64,000 nt of DNA from Candidatus Avilachnospira avicola (GTDB lineage Bacteria; Bacillota; Clostridia; Lachnospirales; Lachnospiraceae). Below are positions 29,244 to 38,234 of this stretch, piece after piece. Below the pieces are notes generated by a model, which ran no database searches, had not been told where the DNA came from, and was given only the letters and a program-made list of their open reading frames with translations. The position numbers and the translations under genes were made by a program. The DNA is taken from assembly GCA_018714245.1 (NCBI GenBank), contig DVNQ01000044.1, forward strand, positions 1,897 to 65,896. Direction: 5' to 3'. Numbering within the stretch: the first letter of the stretch is position 1; each line of letters opens with the position of its first letter.

Positions 29244-29637
29244 AGTTCAGTACCACGTTTATGACCGTAGTCAACAGTTTTGAGATATATTCATTTACGC
29301 TGAAAAGATCCACCATGACCCACATGGCTCCCGTAACAAGGACGCCGCTGAGTATCCTGGCCATTATGAAGGCGGTAAACTCCGTAAGGAGATGGGACCC
29401 GCTGAAATCATAGTTCCTGAATACTATCAGTTTGTTTGTGATGTAGGCAAACAGAACCGCTGCGATCCAGGATATGACCTGCGCAGTCATGGCTGCCGAC
29501 ACATCCGACAGATTTCCGCCCTTCAGGCCTTCATTGGCTGCAGTAAATACCAGAAAGTCAACTATCGTGGTCAGGATCCCGACTATAAGATAGGAAACTG
29601 TCTCATAATTTATGATCCTGTTTTTTCCTTCCTTCAT
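29206..29637 (-). CDS. GtrA-family small membrane protein (lipid-linked sugar translocation)
   Basis: Four TM helices with a conserved NKLIVFR-like segment. The start is set to the ATG at 29637 with AAGGAAA upstream; the track start at 29682 is a GTG lying deep inside the upstream gene. Confidence 0.82.
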   Translation of the reverse strand: MKEGKNRIINYETVSYLIVGILTTIVDFLVFTAANEGLKGGNLSDVSAAMTAQVISWIAAVLFAYITNKLIVFRNYDFSGSHLLTEFTAFIMARILSGVLVTGAMWVMVDLFSVNEYISKLLTTVINVVLNYVASKLFIFRKK

Positions 29638-31030
29638 ATTTTTCCTTGTATCTTCGCAGTTCTTCTTCAAATTCTTCCTCACTTATGCCCATGCTTTCCA
29701 GACGGTAACGTCTGCGTCTTGCAGCTCTCCTTCTCCTGCTCTTTTCTTCCTCCCTTACCTCATGGGTATGGTAAGCAGCCCCGCCGGTTACCAGCACAAA
29801 TACCAGAGCTCCGACTGCCACGGCTACCACGGATACGCCTACTGCCACCTTGGCTGCAGGCGGGATGGCCTCGATGGATATGATGGGAGTCCTGTCATTA
29901 AGTATGTAATAGTTTCCGCAGGTGTGCCCCTCGTAGCTCAGGCTGAGCCTGGCGACTGCATCCTCCGGAGCATAAGCGGAAAGGTTGTATTCAAAATCCG
30001 TGGATACCTGGGAAAGATCCGCACCATAGGGAAGGCTTATAAGGAATTCCCTGTCCGTGCTGATATCATTCTGTCCTTCCTTTATTACCGTATCCAGAAG
30101 CAGCCTGTCCTCTATGGCATCCATGCCAAGGACCTGAGAGGCATCCACATTTTCAAAACCGCCAAATCCGAAGTCCAGCATCTTATCCGTATCCAGATAG
30201 TGCTGAGGATTGGTATCCATCATCACTACCGCACAGAGCCTGCGCCCGCCTTCTTCCGCCATGGTCACAAGTGTATTTCCGGAGGCTGTGGTAAATCCCG
30301 TCTTGCCTCCCACCGCTCTGTCATCGCTGTAGGTATTTCCTCCTCTCAGCATCCTGTGTCCTATGGTCACCGTAAGTCCGGAAGGGACCTTTTCTGTAGG
30401 CGAAAGCTTATATGAATCCGAGGATTCGATCTCCAGGAATTTTTCATTTTCAAAAAGAGCAGAGGCTATCAGCGCCATGTCATAGGCCGAGGTGATGTGC
30501 TCACTGTCAGTCAGGCCGCTTGGATTTCTGAAATTACTGTCCTCGCATCCCAGCTCCAGGGCCCTTTCATTCATCATGTCCGCAAAGGCCTCTATGCTTC
30601 CTGCCACATGCTCCGCAAGAGCGTTTGCCACATCATTTGCCGACATGAAAAGAAGGGCGTACAGGCACTCCTCCACGCTGAGCTGTTCCCCTTCCGTCAT
30701 ATAGGCTGTTACGGCTCCGGGTTCCAGATCCGTCACGGCTCTCTGTGAAAAGGTCACTGTCTCATCCATGCTGCAGTTCTCTATTACGATCAGAGCTGTC
30801 AGAAGCTTGGTGATCGATGCGGGGTAGCAATGGGCATGTATGTCCTTTCCATAAAGGATGGCCCTGGTATCCGCATCCATGACTATGGCAGCCCCGGCAT
30901 TTATGTCTCCGGGCCCTCCCCAGGTATCCGCACGGCAAACAAGGCCTCCCCTGATCAAAAAGGCCAAAGACAGCAGGAAGGCTCCTGCGATCCGAAGATA
31001 TGTCTGTCTTATGTTTAGTTTAAAAAGCAA
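29603..31030 (-). CDS. D-alanyl-D-alanine carboxypeptidase (peptidase S11, PBP5-like)
   Basis: SITK, SAN and KTGFT motifs and a signal/anchor sequence. The C-terminus has a TM helix plus a charged cytoplasmic tail. TTG start 2 nt after the upstream stop. Confidence 0.9.
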   Translation of the reverse strand: MLFKLNIRQTYLRIAGAFLLSLAFLIRGGLVCRADTWGGPGDINAGAAIVMDADTRAILYGKDIHAHCYPASITKLLTALIVIENCSMDETVTFSQRAVTDLEPGAVTAYMTEGEQLSVEECLYALLFMSANDVANALAEHVAGSIEAFADMMNERALELGCEDSNFRNPSGLTDSEHITSAYDMALIASALFENEKFLEIESSDSYKLSPTEKVPSGLTVTIGHRMLRGGNTYSDDRAVGGKTGFTTASGNTLVTMAEEGGRRLCAVVMMDTNPQHYLDTDKMLDFGFGGFENVDASQVLGMDAIEDRLLLDTVIKEGQNDISTDREFLISLPYGADLSQVSTDFEYNLSAYAPEDAVARLSLSYEGHTCGNYYILNDRTPIISIEAIPPAAKVAVGVSVVAVAVGALVFVLVTGGAAYHTHEVREEEKSRRRRAARRRRYRLESMGISEEEFEEELRRYKEKYEGRKKQDHKL

Positions 31031-31032
31031 TC

Positions 31033-31860
31033 TTATTTCTCCAGCTTTGTGATCCTGGCATAATTGAACAGATACTGCTGGATCACCCCTGCATAGCTTT
31101 CATATTCCTCCGGCAGCCGTCCATCATAGACCTGATCGATCACTCTGTGCATCCACACATCTACCGGAGCCACTTCAAGACGATGATATCCGAATAAAGC
31201 AACGCAGGATGCAACTTTTACTCCCACGCCCTTAAAACTCATAAGTTTGTCTATAAGTTCCTCAGTCGGAAGGTCCTCAAGGCCCTCCAGTTCCCCGCAG
31301 GCTGCACGCTCGGCAGCCTCCCTGACATAGGGAAGCCTGTAGCCAAGACCGCAGGATGAAAGCCTGTCCTCGTCAGCAGCGTTCAAGGCATCCGGAGTCG
31401 GAAATGCATGGTATATGCTCATGCTCCCGTCCCTTCTTTGAAAGCTCCGTTCCTCCCCGAAGGCCTCACACAGCTTCTCCACTGCAGTCCTTATGGCAGG
31501 AACGGACTTTCTCTGGGAGATGATGAAGGATATCAGCATCTCCCAGGGCTCCTGTCTCAGGATCCTGATGCCCCGTCCAAAGGACACGGCCTTTTTAAGG
31601 AAAGCATCATCCTCCCTGATGATGGATCTGAAGACCTCATAATCCGCAGAAAGATCAAAATAATCCTTCCAAAGGTCCTCATATTCTTCCCTGGTGCAGC
31701 TCAGCCTGAAAGCTCCAGACTCACCATCTATCTGAAGCTTCTTTCCATAAGCAATTAGTTCATATACGCCCTCTGCAGAGCTTCCCATACGGAAGCACTG
31801 TCCTGATTCCGCTATGGCCTCCGGGGAAAAGTCCATGTCTCTTATTATGATATCATCCAT
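31033..31860 (-). CDS. HhH-GPD DNA glycosylase (8-oxoguanine glycosylase/AlkA-like)
   Basis: HhH-GPD region LMSFKGVGVKVASCVALF...APVDVWM. The start is trimmed to the ATG at 31860 (MDDIIIRD), 4 nt after the upstream stop. Confidence 0.8.
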   Translation of the reverse strand: MDDIIIRDMDFSPEAIAESGQCFRMGSSAEGVYELIAYGKKLQIDGESGAFRLSCTREEYEDLWKDYFDLSADYEVFRSIIREDDAFLKKAVSFGRGIRILRQEPWEMLISFIISQRKSVPAIRTAVEKLCEAFGEERSFQRRDGSMSIYHAFPTPDALNAADEDRLSSCGLGYRLPYVREAAERAACGELEGLEDLPTEELIDKLMSFKGVGVKVASCVALFGYHRLEVAPVDVWMHRVIDQVYDGRLPEEYESYAGVIQQYLFNYARITKLEK

Positions 31861-31864
31861 GATC

Positions 31865-32605
31865 TTATTTCCCTGCATATATCCGGAAGGGGTAGCAGCT
31901 GCCGTCTGCGGAGCTTTCCGCATAATATACTATGATACTGTCTCCGCTGTCATTTTCAAGGGAGCCTTCCTCAACATTGCAGTTATCCTTTAAAAATATG
32001 ATCTCTGCTCCGGAAGCATCCCTCAGGGAAAAGGTGCTCATGGAATTATGCATGGTAACACCCTCTGCCCGCTTTATCTCATACTCCCCCTCGGGAAGCA
32101 TGGCGATAAAATCCACCGAATCCGCATCATTTATGATGTCTCCCTGAAACAGTATGGCAGTTTCAGTCCCCTTTTCAGGATCCACAAGCACATCTCCAAG
32201 CTCTATGCCCGGTATGGCCCAGGAGTTGTCAGGATCCAGCTTGTCCTGAAAAGTATATACGGTCATTCCGTCCTTTTCCTGTACTACGCCGGAAAGCACT
32301 GCATGCATGATCCCGAAGAATCCGGATCCGTCCTCATTTATCCCATCAGCAGCCACCGTCTCCGGATAGGTCTCTCCTTCCAAAGATGCGGAAGAAGGCT
32401 CTCCCTCCGTCCCGGCAATCCCTGCTGTATCAGTATCAGTATCAGCCTCAGCCTCAGCCAAAGCTGCTGCACTGTCTCCTGCAGATACGGAAACAGTCTC
32501 CTCCGAAGTCTGTTCAGATGCCTTCTTTCCCGAGCACCCGGAAAGAGCTGCAAGGAAAAGGGCTGCAGCCGCTATTATGATCCGTGATCTTCTGCTTATG
32601 TTCAT
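31865..32605 (-). CDS. Hypothetical lipoprotein
   Basis: Signal peptide plus lipobox (AAALFLAALSGC), an acidic low-complexity linker, then a ~150-aa globular part. ATG at 32605 after AAGGAAAGGA. No recognisable family. Confidence 0.7.
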   Translation of the reverse strand: MNISRRSRIIIAAAALFLAALSGCSGKKASEQTSEETVSVSAGDSAAALAEAEADTDTDTAGIAGTEGEPSSASLEGETYPETVAADGINEDGSGFFGIMHAVLSGVVQEKDGMTVYTFQDKLDPDNSWAIPGIELGDVLVDPEKGTETAILFQGDIINDADSVDFIAMLPEGEYEIKRAEGVTMHNSMSTFSLRDASGAEIIFLKDNCNVEEGSLENDSGDSIIVYYAESSADGSCYPFRIYAGK

Positions 32606-32607
32606 GT

Positions 32608-33429
32608 TCAAATCCTTTCCTTATACTTATCGAGATAATCCCTTAATCTGTTAAGGAGATTTATGGAATGCTCCTTAGGCACCGGTCCGGACTCGATCCT
32701 GTCACAGGCCCCTCCATCCGATTTGGCCAATGGTATGGAAGCCGCACCTTCCTGCTGATCCGATCTGCATCCGATCCGATCCGGCCTGAGCTTTTGTGCC
32801 GCCTCCCTGATCCGGGCACTGAGCCTGTCCCCAAGGAAGTAGGCAAGATCATCCCTGTGTTCCATAAGAAGGTCCCTTAGCCTGGGATCTGAGACCTTAG
32901 GATCAGGACAAAGCAGGAGCCCAAACATCTTATGATCCTCAGGATCTGAAAGGAGCTCCTCCGTATAATCAAATAAATAGGAATAAATGATATCCCTGAC
33001 CGACGGTGCATCAGGAAGGCCGCTGCCTCCGTCTGCACAGGCTATCTCAAATTCATTATATATCTGTATGAAGGTCTCAAGCATGGAAGCCATGGCGGAA
33101 AGGTTTCTCTTTCTTGAAAGCGAAGGATAGCCTGAAAGCTCAAGAGCCCATATGGACATATATAGTCCAAGCTCCTCACCGAAGGATCCTGCTGCCCTGC
33201 TGCGATCCGCCCAGGAAAGCTCCTCCGCTTTGAAAGGAAATTCCTCCTTAGGATCCGTTATAAGCGAGGCAGCCCAGGAAAAATAATCCCTGGCCCTTTC
33301 ATCCACATCGTACTCCAGATTGGAGATCCGCCAAAAAGAAAGCTCAAAGCGCTCTTTGAGCTCTTCTCCGTCAGTATGAAATTCAAATACATCCTCTGAA
33401 TGATCGATCATCTGTCTCCCCGAAAGCAT
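32608..33429 (-). CDS. Hypothetical cytoplasmic protein, 273 aa
   Basis: Clean ORF starting 1 nt after the upstream stop and ending 2 nt before the downstream ATG. No TM helix, no motif I recognise. Confidence 0.65.
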   Translation of the reverse strand: MLSGRQMIDHSEDVFEFHTDGEELKERFELSFWRISNLEYDVDERARDYFSWAASLITDPKEEFPFKAEELSWADRSRAAGSFGEELGLYMSIWALELSGYPSLSRKRNLSAMASMLETFIQIYNEFEIACADGGSGLPDAPSVRDIIYSYLFDYTEELLSDPEDHKMFGLLLCPDPKVSDPRLRDLLMEHRDDLAYFLGDRLSARIREAAQKLRPDRIGCRSDQQEGAASIPLAKSDGGACDRIESGPVPKEHSINLLNRLRDYLDKYKERI

Positions 33430-33430
33430 A

Positions 33431-33772
33431 TCACAGGGCCCCGGCTATGATGAGCCCGATCCAGAAAATAAACAGCAATCCGCCGATAACCGCTCCCGCA
33501 TATGCAAAGGCATGATTTTTCTCCTGTTCCTTTATCCCAAGGAAGGCAAAAAAGCAGGCCATAAGGGAAAAGAGCAGGCAGCTAAGCCCCAGGGCCCCTG
33601 AAAGCATCCCGGTCTGGCCTGCCATCCGTACTGACATGGAAATGGTCAGAAAGGTCAGTAAAAGCACCATAAGGGAGGTGAAAAAAGCATACCATCCGTT
33701 TTTTGCAAAAGGCTTTTTTATATATGAATATTTTTTTAATTCTTTTTCCTTTTTAAATATCCCCTCGAACAC
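33431..33772 (-). CDS. Hypothetical membrane protein, 113 aa (3 TM)
   Basis: GTG start 5 nt after a strong AAGGAG. Three hydrophobic helices. No recognisable motif. Confidence 0.6.
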   Translation of the reverse strand: MFEGIFKKEKELKKYSYIKKPFAKNGWYAFFTSLMVLLLTFLTISMSVRMAGQTGMLSGALGLSCLLFSLMACFFAFLGIKEQEKNHAFAYAGAVIGGLLFIFWIGLIIAGAL

Positions 33773-33782
33773 AGCCGCTCCT

Positions 33783-34310
33783 TTATCCGTCTTCCGGGTC
33801 TATCTGCCTCACTACCACAGATCTTCCTCCCCGTTTCGCCATCTTCCTTTTCACTCTTACCCTGTGTACGAACCTGTTGAGATAAAAGCCTGCCACGGCT
33901 CCCAGAGTATTAAGGAGCATATCGTCCACATCAAAGCTTCCCACTGCAAATGCAAGCTGAGTGCATTCTATAATAAAGCTGATCAGCAATCCGACGATCA
34001 GGGTCCCCTGAGGCCGTCTGCATCTCCTTGATATGGCTGGCAACAGGAATCCGCAGGGCATGAAGGCCACCACATTTCCCACAATATTAAGCAGGAATGC
34101 GCCCAAGCCAAGTTCCTTCCTGTATACCCAGAACCTTCGTATCTCGGTAAATGGGATCAGGTTGAAATTTCTTACGGCGCTGTCGGTCTCAGGTATGCCC
34201 CGTCCCAGAGCCTCGGCAAAAAAAGTAAAATACGAAAGGCCTATGATATAAATGATGAATAATATCCAGCATCCCTTCTGGAGCTTTGTCGTATTTCTTA
34301 TCATAATCAA
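33783..34310 (-). CDS. VanZ-family membrane protein
   Basis: NLIPF segment and a C-terminal FDVDDMLLNTLGAVAGF motif typical of VanZ. The start is uncertain: TTG at 34310 or ATG at 34304. Confidence 0.78.
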   Translation of the reverse strand: MIMIRNTTKLQKGCWILFIIYIIGLSYFTFFAEALGRGIPETDSAVRNFNLIPFTEIRRFWVYRKELGLGAFLLNIVGNVVAFMPCGFLLPAISRRCRRPQGTLIVGLLISFIIECTQLAFAVGSFDVDDMLLNTLGAVAGFYLNRFVHRVRVKRKMAKRGGRSVVVRQIDPEDG

Positions 34311-34335
34311 TCATTTTACCATATCGGAAGCCATT

Positions 34336-35094
34336 CTACAAATTTTTCTGGTAAAGGTCCAGCTTCTCCGTCGTTTCAAAGCCCTCTCCAAGATAGAGCC
34401 TCATCGCAGGGATATTTTCCGATGATACCTGCAGGAAGCAGGAGGCATATCCCTGATCCCGGAGGATCCGTAAAAGGCCCCGAAGCAGTTTTTTCCCATA
34501 GCCAAGGCCTCTGTACCTCTCATAGACCAGTACTCCGTATATATATGCCCGATCACCGAAGTCCTTGAAATATGCCTCTCCGTAATCTGCATACAAAGCT
34601 CCCGCTTCCTCATCAAGGCTGAGCTCTTCCTCAGCAGGACCCAGGGCACTTCCGGCATCAAGCTTCATTTCCATCATAAGCTCACTGCCCCTGAATTCAG
34701 TCCCTAAGGCTCTGAGTGTCATAAGGGCAGGCTCATTGTCATAGACTGAAAATGTCAGGCTGCTTCTCAGGACCCCGGAAGCCTGACAAAACAGGCTTTT
34801 AAAGATCCCCTGCCTTCTCTTTTCCGGCCTGGTAAATGCCATGACCTCATCTGTCTCCCTTCCATTCACGGTGGCTCCGAGATGCCAGATCACCAGAAGT
34901 CCGTCAATATCTCCTCTCCCGTCCTCTGATTCCTTAAGTAAATAAAGGTCTCCATCCAGAGGGACTCCGTATGAGGTCCCGTCAAAGCTATTGCAGGCCT
35001 CCGTAAGTTTACTTACCTTCAGTTCTTCCTCTTCATTCAAAAAATCCCGGAAGGCTGCTGCCCTCCGGGATCCGTCATCAATCTTCTTCTGCAT
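34336..35094 (-). CDS. GNAT-family N-acetyltransferase
   Basis: Acetyl-CoA binding motif YRGLGYGKKLL in the C-terminal half. The N-terminal half is also GNAT-like. Confidence 0.8.
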   Translation of the reverse strand: MQKKIDDGSRRAAAFRDFLNEEEELKVSKLTEACNSFDGTSYGVPLDGDLYLLKESEDGRGDIDGLLVIWHLGATVNGRETDEVMAFTRPEKRRQGIFKSLFCQASGVLRSSLTFSVYDNEPALMTLRALGTEFRGSELMMEMKLDAGSALGPAEEELSLDEEAGALYADYGEAYFKDFGDRAYIYGVLVYERYRGLGYGKKLLRGLLRILRDQGYASCFLQVSSENIPAMRLYLGEGFETTEKLDLYQKNL

Positions 35095-36451
35095 CCTTTT
35101 CTCCGCCTTCTTCGGGCTTTGTCTCTTCCTTCGGCTTGAGCTTCACGCTCACCTTGGTAATGACTCTGTCTTCCACGGAAAGGATCCTGTATCTCGCCTC
35201 TTTGTCCTCAACGTCTATAGGACAGTCAGCAGGGGTCAGGATACGGTCCAGAAGCTCCGTAAGATATCCGCTCAGGGTATCACAGTCGCTCTGGATATGC
35301 ATATGGAGATCTTCGTTTATGTCATTAAGGAGTGCAGAACCCAGGACCTCAAAGCTGTCCTTGTCGATCCTTCTGATCGGGATCTCTATCTCCTCATCGT
35401 CCTCGTATATGTCTCCAACGATCTCCTCAACCAGATCCTCCATCGTGATCATACCGCTCACTCCGCCGTACTCATCCACGATGATGGCCACCTTCTGGCT
35501 TTTCTGCTGCATTTCCTTGAATACGGAATCCGTCTTCATATTCTCAGAAGCAAAAAATACCGGCTTGAGAAGCTCCCTTACGTCCACATCATAGAAGCTT
35601 CCTACTTCCTTTGCCTTAATGGCAAAATCCTTCATGCTGAGGATGCCTATGATATTGTCTATATTTTCCTCATATACCGGTATGCGGCTGTGCTTGGAAA
35701 GAAGTATCTCGTCGATATATTCATTGACCGGATCATTGAGATCCACAGCCACCATGTCCTGTCTCTGGACCATGACCTCCCTGACCCTCTTGTCATCAAA
35801 GGAGAAGATGGATGTGATCATCTCTTTCTCTATGTCATTGAATACACCGGTTTCAGTTCCGGTCTCCAGCATGGATTTGATCTCTTCCTCAGACACATCC
35901 TGTTCAAGCTCATCATGGTAAAGCCCCAGCAGCTTGAGAAGGCCGTTAGTGCTTGCCGAAAGCAAAAACAGCACCGGGGAAATGATCTTTGAAAGCACAT
36001 ATATGATCCTTATGCACATCATACTGTACTTTTCTGCATATAAAAGTGCTATCCTCTTGGGCACCAGCTCTCCTATGACCAGATTGAAATAGGCAAGGAG
36101 CATGGTGATCACAACGTTTGAAATGGCAAGGCTGAGGGTATAGCTTATGCCCTTCTGCGCCAGCGTGCCTGCAAGTACCTGAGATATACTGTTTGCTGCA
36201 AATGCTGAGCTGGCAAAGCCCGCAAGGGTTATTGCGACCTGAATGGTCGAAAGGAACTTGGTGGAGTCCTCAGAGACATTTTCTACCAGGGCAGCCCTCT
36301 TGTTGCCCTCTTCCGCAAGTCTGTGTATCCTGTTTTTATTTACGGATACCACCGCCATCTCTGATCCTGAGAAAAATGCATTGATAAGTGTCAGGACCAC
36401 CAGTACCGTCAACTGGTACGCTATACTGCCCGCACCGGGATCTACGTCCAT
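35078..36451 (-). CDS. Hemolysin-family/CNNM protein (DUF21-CBS-CorC)
   Basis: N-terminal four-TM DUF21 region, a tandem CBS pair, and a C-terminal CorC/HlyC-type domain; 457 aa. Confidence 0.88.
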   Translation of the reverse strand: MDVDPGAGSIAYQLTVLVVLTLINAFFSGSEMAVVSVNKNRIHRLAEEGNKRAALVENVSEDSTKFLSTIQVAITLAGFASSAFAANSISQVLAGTLAQKGISYTLSLAISNVVITMLLAYFNLVIGELVPKRIALLYAEKYSMMCIRIIYVLSKIISPVLFLLSASTNGLLKLLGLYHDELEQDVSEEEIKSMLETGTETGVFNDIEKEMITSIFSFDDKRVREVMVQRQDMVAVDLNDPVNEYIDEILLSKHSRIPVYEENIDNIIGILSMKDFAIKAKEVGSFYDVDVRELLKPVFFASENMKTDSVFKEMQQKSQKVAIIVDEYGGVSGMITMEDLVEEIVGDIYEDDEEIEIPIRRIDKDSFEVLGSALLNDINEDLHMHIQSDCDTLSGYLTELLDRILTPADCPIDVEDKEARYRILSVEDRVITKVSVKLKPKEETKPEEGGEKDAEED

Positions 36452-36522
36452 ATGGTTTAAAACTACCTCCTGAAAAAATATTATACAGCCGCCATCTTAT
36501 CACAGATCGGCTATATTGTCCA

Positions 36523-37839
36523 TTATTTAAGTATGCTCCTTACGGCTTCCAGAAGCCCTTCTCCTGAATCCCTGTCTATAAGAATGGTGTGGAGCCCTGC
36601 GTTTTTCCCGCATTCCCCGTCTGAAGGGGAATCCCCTATCATATAGGATCCGGAAAGATCGATGTTGTATTTTTCTGCTGCAAGAAGCAGCATACCTACG
36701 CCTGGCTTCCTGCATGAACAGCTGAATTTGAGCTCCTTCACCTCGCCCTCAAAGCCGGAATCCGGATGGTGAGGACAGTAAAACAGGTCATCGAGAAAGG
36801 CTCCTTCCTTTCCAAGCTCGGTTTCAAGCTTTGCATGTATCCTGTCAAGCCCTGAAAAGCTCACCTCTCCCCTTGCCACCACCGGCTGGTTTGTGATAAC
36901 TATGGCAAGATATTCAGAGCTGTTTATCAGGCGAACTGCTTCCGCCGCCCCATCAATGAGCTTAAGCTCTTCAGGGTCCCTGATGAATCCCCTGTATTCA
37001 TTAAGGGTCCCATCCCTGTCCAGAAATATGGCCTTCTGTCTGTGGCTCAGGTTCCTGGCCTCCACAAGGCCGGAAGCGATATCCCGCGATACGGCCTCAT
37101 AGCGTTCCGGCGTTCCCATGTCCTTCACGTATTCCGTGGAATGATAAACCATCACCTCTCCAAGGGGGATAAGAGGTCTTATCACATCCTTATCAAGGTC
37201 CTGCTTTACAGGCCCGGTTATCAGATCAAGTATCTCCGGCTTAAAAGCATATATGCCCGCATTTACCATGTTATGGCAGAAATCGTCCCTTTTACCGTTT
37301 TTGGACAGTACTCCCCTTACTGTCCTTGTCTCTTCGGATAAGCCGGGCCTCTTTCCCTGTCCCCAAAGGTCCTCTCCGAAGTCGGAAAGCTTTCCCTCGG
37401 TATCCGTCAGGATCACGTCACTGTCATGGGGATGCGAATTGGGATGCACGAAAAGGGTTGCCATTCCTCCGCCTTTCTTATGGGCCTCCATGAATCTGTC
37501 CACGTCCACGGACATCATGAGATCCCCCATAAGAAGAAGAAAATCCTCGTCTATCTGATCCCTGAGATAATAAAGAGCCCCTGCTGTGCCAAGAGGCTCA
37601 TCCTCATTTATGTAGCTTATGTTCACTGAAAATGAGGAACCGTCTCCGAAATAATCATGTATGTACTTTGCCTTGTAGCCCGTAATGATCACTATGTCTC
37701 TGATCCCATAGCGTCTCAGCATCCCGACCTGGTATTCGAGTATGGGCTTTCCCAGTACCGGGACCATGGGCTTCGGAAGCTCTTCCGATACGCTCCTGAG
37801 CCTGGTTCCCTTTCCTCCGGCCATTATGACTGCCTTCAT
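36523..37839 (-). CDS. Fusion: sugar-phosphate nucleotidyltransferase + GmhB-like HAD-IIIA phosphatase
   Basis: The N-terminus has MKAVIMAGGKGTRL. The C-terminus has FLDRDGTLN (HAD motif I) and CPHHP...CSCRKPGVGM (GmhB zinc loop). Confidence 0.85.
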   Translation of the reverse strand: MKAVIMAGGKGTRLRSVSEELPKPMVPVLGKPILEYQVGMLRRYGIRDIVIITGYKAKYIHDYFGDGSSFSVNISYINEDEPLGTAGALYYLRDQIDEDFLLLMGDLMMSVDVDRFMEAHKKGGGMATLFVHPNSHPHDSDVILTDTEGKLSDFGEDLWGQGKRPGLSEETRTVRGVLSKNGKRDDFCHNMVNAGIYAFKPEILDLITGPVKQDLDKDVIRPLIPLGEVMVYHSTEYVKDMGTPERYEAVSRDIASGLVEARNLSHRQKAIFLDRDGTLNEYRGFIRDPEELKLIDGAAEAVRLINSSEYLAIVITNQPVVARGEVSFSGLDRIHAKLETELGKEGAFLDDLFYCPHHPDSGFEGEVKELKFSCSCRKPGVGMLLLAAEKYNIDLSGSYMIGDSPSDGECGKNAGLHTILIDRDSGEGLLEAVRSILK

Positions 37840-38234
37840 GTCCTCTCCGTCCTTTCTTCCTCTCGTCCTCTGCCCTTTGTCTGCGGGCCGTTTTCCTCCC
37901 TGTGCTCATACTCGGAAAGAGCCAGGCTCTGTGTAAGTTCCTCTATTTTCTTTTCCAGCTCCGAGATATGGAGGCTCATGGTAAAGGTCTTCATGAGCAG
38001 GATAAATATCATAAAAAGGAAAAGGAAATTTGCCGTGGAATATATGCCAAGAAGAGCTGCCAAGGTATCTGCCACTGCGGGGAAGACCGCAAAGACCACG
38101 AACATCACGCACAGAAGGACCCAGAAGACCGCATCCTCAAGACGCATCTTGGAATTTCTGATCTTCTGCATAACTATGGCAAAGGTACCGACCGATGCTG
38201 CTATCAGCACGATCCTGAAAAGTGTAGTCATCAT
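37836..38234 (-). CDS. DUF2304-like small membrane protein
   Basis: 132 aa, 3-4 TM helices then a coiled, charged tail. ATGA overlaps on both sides with glycan genes. The family assignment is from memory of the architecture. Confidence 0.65.
   Translation of the reverse strand: MMTTLFRIVLIAASVGTFAIVMQKIRNSKMRLEDAVFWVLLCVMFVVFAVFPAVADTLAALLGIYSTANFLFLFMIFILLMKTFTMSLHISELEKKIEELTQSLALSEYEHREENGPQTKGRGREEERTERT

Noticed and set aside
32420-32460. Hexanucleotide tandem repeats (GTATCA)3(GCCTCA)2 as a phase-variation switch in the lipoprotein gene
   Set aside because: The unit length is a multiple of three, so copy-number change keeps the reading frame. It only alters a D/T/E/A linker and is not an on/off switch.
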